From a virus (lineage: Duplodnaviria; Heunggongvirae; Uroviricota; Caudoviricetes): DNA of 64,000 bases. A program made the position numbers and the translations under genes. Positions 7,222 through 14,138 of the stretch are shown in pieces. The number at the start of each line of letters is the position of its first letter. The stretch's first letter is position 1. The DNA is taken from IMG/VR virus record IMGVR_UViG_3300025723_001543, positions 29,307 through 93,306 of that record; one strand, 5' to 3'. Below the pieces are notes generated by a model. That model saw only the letters and a program-made list of their open reading frames with translations, had not been told where the DNA came from and ran no database searches.

Positions 7222-7249
7222 ATAGGGTTCTCCTTCAACCCTATTTAGT
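7222..7249 (-). promoter_or_regulatory. Late-type promoter variant (ACTAAATA) plus RBS hairpin upstream of the denA-like gene
   Basis: ATAGGGTT-GAAGGAG-AACCCTAT stem on the minus strand immediately before the ATG; ACTAAATA at 7242-7249. Confidence 0.6.
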
Positions 7250-7256
7250 TGTACTG

Positions 7257-7421
7257 TTATGGGTCTATTGCACCATCATCATCATCGTCATACCAATCAC
7301 CATCATCTTCATATCTTAACTTTGAACCACAAAATGGACAAAATTCTGGGTCTGTGATGTTATCATGTATAACTTGAAATTCTGCTTCACACTCGCTACA
7401 TGTAATTTCCTTATCGCTCAT
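7257..7421 (-). CDS. Zn-ribbon protein with an acidic tail (54 aa; below cutoff)
   Basis: Translation MSDKEITCSECEAEFQVIHDNITDPEFCPFCGSKLRYEDDGDWYDDDDGAIDP; AGGAG RBS. Confidence 0.8.
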   Translation of the reverse strand: MSDKEITCSECEAEFQVIHDNITDPEFCPFCGSKLRYEDDGDWYDDDDDGAIDP

Positions 7422-7431
7422 TATTCTCTCC

Positions 7432-7776
7432 TTAACAAGTAACTTTAATTTGGGTTGGACATTGCGGGTTATTGCATACGAATGACATAGCTTTATTTAG
7501 TTCGCTGCCCATACCACAAACGCTGCAACCTTGATACACAGTCGGTGGCCAAAGATTAGTTGTTCTTGGATAATCTCTTGGCCATTGAATGTCCATTGTT
7601 TGTGCTGGTTTGGTTGTATCAGGAACGTAAGTGTTATCTTTATGAAACTCTTGCTTTGCTGCTTCCCAACCAGCTTTGAAACCAAGTTCATAAGGAGACG
7701 GTGGCGCAAACTCTGACATAAATTTAACACAACGCTCCATAAGCGCATCATACTTATGTTTGTAATTTTCAGTCAT
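7432..7776 (-). CDS. Hypothetical protein with C-terminal Cys motifs
   Basis: CSVC...CNNPQCP; operon packing. Confidence 0.75.
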   Translation of the reverse strand: MTENYKHKYDALMERCVKFMSEFAPPSPYELGFKAGWEAAKQEFHKDNTYVPDTTKPAQTMDIQWPRDYPRTTNLWPPTVYQGCSVCGMGSELNKAMSFVCNNPQCPTQIKVTC

Positions 7777-7990
7777 CTTTTCCCTCCAATGCTTTGCGGG
7801 CGATTACGATGCGTTCAGACAATATCTGCGCAATGTTGAGCGTGTTGATCACAGAACTCTTTGACCATTCAATTTCATATTCTTCTGCTACCTTAACCAA
7901 CGCTGCCTCCAACTCCCTAATGCGGTCGGCGGCCTCATCTAGCTCGGCAATTCCTTCATTGCGCAGCCGCTTCACAAGATCATCAGTCAT
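7769..7990 (-). CDS. Hypothetical phage protein (DDLVKRLR...ADRIRELE type)
   Basis: Common small phage coiled-coil motif; overlapping start/stop codons. Confidence 0.75.
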   Translation of the reverse strand: MTDDLVKRLRNEGIAELDEAADRIRELEAALVKVAEEYEIEWSKSSVINTLNIAQILSERIVIARKALEGKDD

Positions 7991-8214
7991 TCAGGCACCT
8001 TTAGCTTTGCATCTTGCATCATGCGGGCGGCAATCAGGTCAGAAGATGACGGGGCGCAGTTGTTCATCTCGCACCATTGATGGTATGCGGCCAGCCATTT
8101 GGCATCATCCTTTGTGACCGACTCCAGCTTTTCGATGCGGTTGTTCAGTCGAACATTTTCTTTAGCAACAGCTTCAGCAAATTGTTCAACTGGCATTTCA
8201 AGTTTATCAATCAT
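7987..8214 (-). CDS. Hypothetical protein sharing its N-terminus with the upstream gene
   Basis: Start MIDKLEMPVEQFAEAVAKEN at 8214, overlapping the upstream stop. Confidence 0.7.
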   Translation of the reverse strand: MIDKLEMPVEQFAEAVAKENVRLNNRIEKLESVTKDDAKWLAAYHQWCEMNNCAPSSSDLIAARMMQDAKLKVPE

Positions 8215-8471
8215 ATTTTTCTCTCCAATGCTTTTTCCGCAACAGCACAAGCATATCTATTTCTAACCATGTATGGTATTTCTTCAGAGTTTAGCGTTAC
8301 GACAACATCACTCAATGTTTTTTCTAGCTCCTTGATGCGAACAGCAGCCTTGTTGAAAGCGTCAAAATAGAGTTTTGTCTGCCCTTTCAATTTTTCGTTG
8401 TGTTCATTCAAACGAATATTTTCTTTAGCAACAGCTTCAGCAAATTGTTCAACTGGCATTTCAAGTTTATC
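8155..8471. repeat. 54-bp perfect direct repeat (8155-8208 and 8418-8471)
   Basis: ATTTTCTTTAGCAACAGCTTCAGCAAATTGTTCAACTGGCATTTCAAGTTTATC occurs twice. Confidence 0.95.
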
Positions 8472-8477
8472 GCTCAT
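8211..8477 (-). CDS. Hypothetical coiled-coil protein (88 aa)
   Basis: Starts MSDKLEMPVEQFAEAVAKEN; ATGA overlaps on both sides. Confidence 0.75.
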   Translation of the reverse strand: MSDKLEMPVEQFAEAVAKENIRLNEHNEKLKGQTKLYFDAFNKAAVRIKELEKTLSDVVVTLNSEEIPYMVRNRYACAVAEKALERKI

Positions 8478-9202
8478 ATTAAAGTTCCTTTGTATTTACA
8501 TTTATCCCCGTGATATCTTGCAAAAATATTTGGCTGGATTTCTTTATCACAGTGTTCGCATTTTTTCTTGGGTGTGTTTATTCTATGTTGCCTTATTTTT
8601 TCACGAGTTTCTTCAGAAACAAATCTACCAATCATCTTTTGCCTTATTTTTTCTTTTTGTAAATCTGTTTTTGTTCTACCTTTATTCATTAAACCCATAC
8701 GTTTACTATTTTCAATTTGATTTTCGTTCGCCTTTTTACCAATATTCGATTCAGATATTTTTCTTTTTGACTCTTCTGAATGTTTTTTTGGTCCAAACCC
8801 ACCACGTTCTAATTGAATTTTTCTACGGTTTTCAATTTGATTTTCCCAGTCATCACCATATATATCTTTATATGTTTTACCTTTATGATTTGGTGGTCTT
8901 GAATCTTCGCAAATATTCAATAAAATACCACCATCATCATAACCTTTTCTGCCGTATAATTTTATATATTTCTTTTCTAATTCATACGCTTGATCTTCAT
9001 CAATAATATTTTCTACAATATAATGAATTATTGGCGGAGTACCAGCTTGTTTCAATGATTCAATTTTGTTCTTAAATCTTGTTTTATTTTTAGGCGATTT
9101 AACAACATTCATCATATGATCTGTTGCTCTTGTTCCTTTACCTTTTCCAATATAGAAAGGTTGATTATTTGTCGGATCAGTATATCTGTATATGTAAAAC
9201 AT
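8474..9202 (-). mobile_element. Free-standing GIY-YIG homing endonuclease (Seg-like, NUMOD3-type repeats, C-terminal Zn finger) downstream of nrdB
   Basis: FYIYRY...FYIGKG, repeated H(S/T)EE(S/T)K.KI motifs, CEHC...H..C tail. Confidence 0.85.
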
Positions 9203-9207
9203 TTAAG

Positions 9208-9238
9208 CCTCCTGTTTATTCTATTTATACAAACAAGA
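9208..9238 (-). promoter_or_regulatory. T4 late promoter TATAAATA (9222-9229) in the loop of an RBS-sequestering hairpin
   Basis: Minus strand reads TCTTGTTTG-TATAAATAGAA-TAAACAGGA-G, pairing over the AGGAG RBS. Confidence 0.7.
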
Positions 9239-9253
9239 GACTTAAATTACCTA

Positions 9254-10351
9254 TTACAAAGAGAAATTCTTAAATGAATCTTCTCTTATATCAAGTTTAA
9301 CTCCTCCAGAAATATAACTTGACAGTTCCGTTTCTTGAGGCGCAACTTGTACATCAGAGCCACTGATCCACTTCTGCGTCCAAGGCAATGGATTAGATCC
9401 ACCCTTGTATGTAGTAGGCAATCCAATAGCAGTCATTCTTTTATGACAAATCCACTCGATGTATTGTCCAAGTAAAATTTCTGAGAGACCAACCATCGAC
9501 CCGTCCCTGAATAGATAACTTGCCCATGCCTTTTCTTGCTCAACAGCGCTGTTAAATAGGTTGATGCATTCATCTCTTGTTTCTTCTGCAATTCTGGCGA
9601 AGTCTTCATCTTCTTTCGGTAGTGCCTTGAGTAGCTGTTGTGTTCCAGCGAGATGCAGGTTTTCGTCACGAGCGATAAACTTAATGATTTTTGCATTACC
9701 TTCCATCCTCTTGACTTCCGCAAATGCCCATGAACATGCAAAAGATACATAAAACCTAACACCTTCAAGAACATTAACAGACATCAATGCAAGCCAGAGA
9801 GCCTTCTTGTGCTTGTATTCCGTATCCCTCTCATATTGATTCTTTGGCAAACTATTCCACCAAATCAAATCATCATAGTACTTGGAAATATCACCAGCGC
9901 ATTCCACAATCTCTGGAATATCCATTATCTCATCAAATATCTTGGAAGGGTTTGGATAAATGTTTCGTATGATGTGCGTATAGCTGCGTGAGTGGATGGT
10001 CTCTGAGAACGCCCAAGTTGTGATCCAGGTTTCGAGTTCAGGTAAACTACAAATAGGTCCGAATGCCATTGTTGGTGCTCGACCCTGTACTGAGTCAAGG
10101 AGAATTTGTCGCTTAAGATTTGAGGTAAAAATATGTTGTTCATGAACAGTTAGATCCTTAAAGTCCTTGGCATCCTTGTAGATATCTACCTCTTCTGGGC
10201 GCCAGAAAAAGCCCAGCTGACGATCTGTTAATTTTTCTATCCACGGATATTTTTGACGATCATATCTAGCAATTGTTGGCGCATCGTCAAAGAAACAATT
10301 TACTTTAGTATGATCTTTTTTGTTATTAGCGTCAAATACACTGTACGACAT
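9254..10351 (-). CDS. nrdB: Ribonucleotide reductase class Ia beta subunit
   Basis: FFWRPEE, LDSVQGR, ETIHSRSY, LEGVRFYVSF and RDENLH di-iron motifs; VAPQETE tail. Confidence 0.98.
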   Translation of the reverse strand: MSYSVFDANNKKDHTKVNCFFDDAPTIARYDRQKYPWIEKLTDRQLGFFWRPEEVDIYKDAKDFKDLTVHEQHIFTSNLKRQILLDSVQGRAPTMAFGPICSLPELETWITTWAFSETIHSRSYTHIIRNIYPNPSKIFDEIMDIPEIVECAGDISKYYDDLIWWNSLPKNQYERDTEYKHKKALWLALMSVNVLEGVRFYVSFACSWAFAEVKRMEGNAKIIKFIARDENLHLAGTQQLLKALPKEDEDFARIAEETRDECINLFNSAVEQEKAWASYLFRDGSMVGLSEILLGQYIEWICHKRMTAIGLPTTYKGGSNPLPWTQKWISGSDVQVAPQETELSSYISGGVKLDIREDSFKNFSL

Positions 10352-10412
10352 TGTGCACCTCCTTATGATTTTCGATATTTGCTTTGGTGATCATTTTACC
10401 ACATAAATCACA
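10332..10412 (-). pseudogene. Relic C-terminal Zn finger of a lost homing endonuclease; carries the nrdB RBS
   Basis: Start-less frame CDLCGKMITKANIENHKEVHNVVQCI*, resembling the tails of the endonucleases at 8474 and 13495. Confidence 0.55.
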
Positions 10413-10649
10413 TTAGCCTTCATCTGTGCTCTCCCATGCCCAATTAACTACGATCCAATCATCAAGACAATCATGAAATGAGTAGTTTTCATCTACATGC
10501 TCTTTACCAAACTTCTTACACATCTGTTGATACCAATGCGGCCAATACTCATGTAGAATTTCTGCTTCTGACATAACTTTTACATATCCACCCTCTTCGT
10601 CTGCTAAAGGGCTTTTGGGATCATATTCATTATAGCAGAAGTATTTCAT
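10413..10649 (-). CDS. Hypothetical protein (78 aa)
   Basis: Operon packing; W/Y-rich. Confidence 0.75.
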   Translation of the reverse strand: MKYFCYNEYDPKSPLADEEGGYVKVMSEAEILHEYWPHWYQQMCKKFGKEHVDENYSFHDCLDDWIVVNWAWESTDEG

Positions 10650-10885
10650 AGCTCAATTCCAAATCGTTCTTTGATTATACGGATAGACTCGTCATCATTA
10701 GCACAACGCATTTTACCATTTGACGTATCATGTGTTTGTTCACAAATATCAATACATTCTCTGATGATCAACATAGCGAACTTTTCAACTTCGCTGTTAT
10801 ATCTAGTTTTACTCCAAATAATGTCACCATTATCGTCTAAGTGTATACCAGTCTGTTCTAAAAGTTCTTCAATTCGCTCGTTCAT
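10646..10885 (-). CDS. Hypothetical phage protein (MNERIEEL...EKFA.LII.ECI type)
   Basis: Frequent small phage protein motif; start at 10885 overlaps the upstream stop. Confidence 0.75.
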   Translation of the reverse strand: MNERIEELLEQTGIHLDDNGDIIWSKTRYNSEVEKFAMLIIRECIDICEQTHDTSNGKMRCANDDESIRIIKERFGIEL

Positions 10886-11238
10886 CACAACCCCTCTCCA
10901 TGTTCGCAATCAATCTCGACACGGACGCAGGCAACACGAGAAGCACCTGCATGTCCATCCGCTTTTTCTCTAGTATCAAATAGGTCTAGAGTCCAGTTGC
11001 TCGATGGATATAAGTTTACCCAATATGACCGCTTGATACGAGGGCGGACTTCGATGAGGTCAACGCAGCTTTCATCGTTAACGTAAAGAACGCCACTTTT
11101 AGTCCACGATGTCGATTCCCATCCTCCATTAAGCCGTATTGCGCCATGAACAGGAAATAGGCCCCCACCATCCGTCGCATAGATGCGGACTTCATTGCCA
11201 TCACGGGTGCGATACTTTTTGTTAATATCAATCATCAC
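10885..11238 (-). CDS. Hypothetical phage protein (KYRTRDG.EVRIYATDG type), locally GC-rich
   Basis: Long ORF with overlapping start/stop codons. Confidence 0.8.
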   Translation of the reverse strand: MMIDINKKYRTRDGNEVRIYATDGGGLFPVHGAIRLNGGWESTSWTKSGVLYVNDESCVDLIEVRPRIKRSYWVNLYPSSNWTLDLFDTREKADGHAGASRVACVRVEIDCEHGEGL

Positions 11239-11432
11239 TTATCTCCAATCTCACTGAGAGCATATTCATGACATTGCTTCATACGAATCTGTTGCATGAT
11301 ACCAAAAGGTGTATACTCATTAATGTGTTTGTCTACGCCCATCAACTTATCGTGATGCTTCTGTAGCGTATCAAGCACAACATCATAATCTGGTTCGTCG
11401 TCAGTATCTGCGGTAGTAGAATCGTTTGTCAT
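11235..11432 (-). CDS. Hypothetical protein (about 65 aa)
   Basis: Likely start MTND at 11432 within track ORF 11235..11480. Confidence 0.6.
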   Translation of the reverse strand: MTNDSTTADTDDEPDYDVVLDTLQKHHDKLMGVDKHINEYTPFGIMQQIRMKQCHEYALSEIGDK

Positions 11433-11589
11433 ATTCAAGGTATCCTTCTGGCATCGTATAAAGAGTGTTATCATTGGCATTGAGAAGATGTGGTTTCATC
11501 TCCTCCTTTGAATGTACGATAACATATTCGCACTTTTCAATTCTAGCGTAGATATCTTCGAAAGTCAACTTCATTTTCTTTGCTTTCAT
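11401..11589 (-). CDS. Hypothetical protein (about 62 aa)
   Basis: Likely start MKAKKMKL at 11589. Confidence 0.6.
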   Translation of the reverse strand: MKAKKMKLTFEDIYARIEKCEYVIVHSKEEMKPHLLNANDNTLYTMPEGYLEYDKRFYYRRY

Positions 11590-11593
11590 TGCA

Positions 11594-11845
11594 TTATTCC
11601 GCCCAAAGTTCAACACCTAATGAAACCATTCTCATTGCAATTTCTCTATTCTTATGATCTGAACCATAAACACCACATTGAGCAATAATACCAGAATCTT
11701 TATGTGTAACACGAATATCATGAGATGGAATACCTACCTGTTGCCCTGTAGGTTTCTCTGTTGACCAAGTATCACGATATATAAGTTCTACTTTATATTG
11801 ATTACTAATTGTATCTCTTATATTTCCATTTATATCCGTAGGCAT
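11594..11845 (-). CDS. Stand-alone peptide-release-factor domain-3-like protein with TGQ replacing GGQ
   Basis: DTWSTEKPTGQQVG..HDIRVTHKDSGIIAQCGVYGSDHKNREIAMRMV resembles the RF1/RF2 segment [47 protein letters not shown]. Confidence 0.7.
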   Translation of the reverse strand: MPTDINGNIRDTISNQYKVELIYRDTWSTEKPTGQQVGIPSHDIRVTHKDSGIIAQCGVYGSDHKNREIAMRMVSLGVELWAE

Positions 11846-12416
11846 GTTTAAATTTACCTTCTATTGTATATTTAATGTTTGATGCATTACCATTTACACT
11901 TTTTGCAGCTGCTGACAAAGATTCATATTCTTCTAAAAATACACCGTCTATTGTATACTTTTCTACTGGTCTTAGCAAATTATTTTTTGCCCATTCATCC
12001 CATCCAGCTTTGGTTTTTTCCATATTTTCCTTTGTATGTTTTTTACCAAGCATTCCTTTTGGGTGTGGTTTTTCTTGCCATCTAGTTTTTAATCTTTGTA
12101 TGTTTTGCTCTTGATATATTGGATCATTGTTTATAAATTCAAATCCACCACCAACCTTTGCTTTCATATTATAAAACATTTTGTTGTTAGCAGCATCATA
12201 AAAATCAATATAGTATTGTTCTCTTTCTCTAAGAATTACATTATCTTCAACTGATTCTAATATAACTCTATCAAAATTATCAATACCATACTTTTCTATT
12301 GCTCTATTGAAAGCCTTACCAGAACCAAGATAATTATCATTCTCAGTTCCAATATGGCTTCCAATATATTGCTTGTTATTTATTTTATTAGTCCAAATAT
12401 AAACGAATCCAGCCAT
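11805..12416 (-). mobile_element. Free-standing GIY-YIG homing endonuclease (Seg-like, NUMOD1-type C-terminus) downstream of nrdA-b
   Basis: GFVYIWTNKINNKQYIGSH, YLGSG, YN motifs; EEYESLSAAAK helix-turn-helix tail. Confidence 0.9.
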
Positions 12417-12422
12417 TATTAT

Positions 12423-12471
12423 CTCCTATTTGAAACAGCTATACTATTTATAATATAACTGTTTTAAGGAG
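12423..12471 (-). promoter_or_regulatory. T4 late promoter TATAAATA (12445-12452) forming the loop of a long RBS-sequestering hairpin
   Basis: Minus strand reads CTCCT-taa-AAACAGTTATAT-[TATAAATA]-GTATAGCTGTTT-caaat-AGGAG. Confidence 0.85.
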
Positions 12472-12473
12472 TA

Positions 12474-13511
12474 TTAGATTGTACAGCTATCACATTGTTC
12501 GTCTTCAACTTGACTTGGGGCTAACTGATCCATTGCTGGGTTTGTTGCCTCATACTCTCCTGCCCCATCATTTGTTTGAAAATAATATAATTGTTTCATT
12601 CCCCACTTATACGCTAGAAGCAGATGGCCGATCATATCACTCATCGGTATCTTTTCATCTTCATAGAACTTTGGGTTGTACGAGGTGTTAACGGATATTC
12701 CTTGATCAATGAACTTTTGCAATACCCCGCAAATTTTAAGATATCCTTCGGGGGACTGTTGGTCCCAAAGTAGGTCGTATTTCTTTTTAAGTTTACGAAC
12801 TTCTGGTACAACTTGTTTAAGGACGCCATCTTTAGACTGTTTAACAGAGACAAGCGATCTTGGTGGCTCAATACCATTTGTTGCGTTGCTAATCTGTGCT
12901 GATGTTTCTGATGGCATGAGAGCCATAAGCGTTGAGTTTCTGATGCCGACAGACTGAACCTTATCGCCCAATGAAACCCAGTCCATGCGATACGCAGGCG
13001 ATACAATTTCGTCCAGTTCTTTCTTGTAGGTATGTATGGGGAACAAACCTTGACTGTATTTTGTTTCATTACTTTTCGGGCACGCACCTTTTTCCTCCGC
13101 CAAATCAACTGATGCTTTGATAAGATAATAAGACCAAGCCTCAGCATACGCATGAAGTTTATTCAACCCATCGTGATCAATATGCTGATAGCTAAGATCA
13201 TTGCGAGCCAACCAATAAGCGAGGTTAATAATACCAACACCAAGAGGACGTCTGGCCATAGTTGAATTTTTAGCAGCCAAGACAGGGTAATCTTGATAGT
13301 CAAGTAGCTCGTCCAAAGCACGAACAGCAAGAGTACAAGGACGTTCAAAATCAGCAGGATCACGAATTTTCCCCCAGTTTATTGCCGAAAGCGTACAGAG
13401 GCTAATCTCTGCTTCTGATTCACTTTCAAATTCTTCATCAAATACATATACATGTTCAGTATCATCTCTAGCTACCTCTGTTACAACTTCAAAGTTAAAT
13501 GGTAGATTCAT
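12474..13511 (-). CDS. nrdA: Ribonucleotide reductase alpha subunit, C-terminal fragment (NrdA-b)
   Basis: EISLCTLSAIN (C462-equivalent), RRPLGVG, MPSETS..I.NAT.GIEP, LYY radical-transfer tyrosines, terminal CDSC. Confidence 0.96.
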   Translation of the reverse strand: MNLPFNFEVVTEVARDDTEHVYVFDEEFESESEAEISLCTLSAINWGKIRDPADFERPCTLAVRALDELLDYQDYPVLAAKNSTMARRPLGVGIINLAYWLARNDLSYQHIDHDGLNKLHAYAEAWSYYLIKASVDLAEEKGACPKSNETKYSQGLFPIHTYKKELDEIVSPAYRMDWVSLGDKVQSVGIRNSTLMALMPSETSAQISNATNGIEPPRSLVSVKQSKDGVLKQVVPEVRKLKKKYDLLWDQQSPEGYLKICGVLQKFIDQGISVNTSYNPKFYEDEKIPMSDMIGHLLLAYKWGMKQLYYFQTNDGAGEYEATNPAMDQLAPSQVEDEQCDSCTI

Positions 13512-14103
13512 TTTCTTTTTTCCTTAAATGTTTAGCTAAATTGCCCAGATCAAATTCTCTATGACAGCACAAGCAACTAGCTTTCTTTCCTTGCAGATGT
13601 TTTGTTCCGTGTGGTTCTTTGTGTAATATGTATTTTCCACGTTTCTGACCTGTTCTAGCTAATGTATGTTTCTTTTTAGTTTCTTCACTAACAGGACCAG
13701 TTTTTATTCCTTTATTCCAAGCTTTTTGACCCTTTAAAGATTTAGTCAAAGCATCTTGATGTTCTTTTGTTCTAGGTCTAGGAACACCTTTCAACTTCTC
13801 AGAAATTGCTTTATAATCATTATATTTTGAAGTATCTCCACCAGAACCATTTTCTTCTATGAAATTTGCCCACTCACTAGATTCAACTATATTCCATAGC
13901 TCAGAATAATACAATCCCTTTTCTCTAATATCTTCAATATTTTCAGATTGAAATAATACCTCAGTTTCAACATCATTACCATATTTGTTTAATTCTCGTT
14001 TCCATCTAATACCAGAACCAGAATACGTATATGGGTCTCTTTCTGTTTTACCAAGGTATTTTAATCCTGTAACTCTGTGAGTTTTAACATAAAGTGTAAT
14101 CAT
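13495..14103 (-). mobile_element. GIY-YIG-type homing endonuclease inserted between nrdA-a and nrdA-b
   Basis: LYVKTH..TGLKYLGKT...Y.GSG..W, NUMOD-like basic repeats, CLCC..H Zn-finger tail; own RBS. Confidence 0.85.
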
Positions 14104-14134
14104 AGTTGTGTCTCCTTCTTCACAACTATTTATA
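14102..14134 (-). promoter_or_regulatory. T4 late promoter TATAAATA (14127-14134) overlapping a hairpin that encloses the RBS and start codon
   Basis: Minus strand reads ATAGTTGTG-AAGAAGGAGA-CACAACTAT(G), a perfect 9-bp stem. Confidence 0.85.
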
Positions 14135-14138
14135 TCTG

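Noticed and set aside
8398-9006. 202-aa F/L-rich plus-strand ORF resembling a membrane protein
   Set aside because: It is antisense to the Lys-rich homing endonuclease; AAA runs read as TTT on the other strand.
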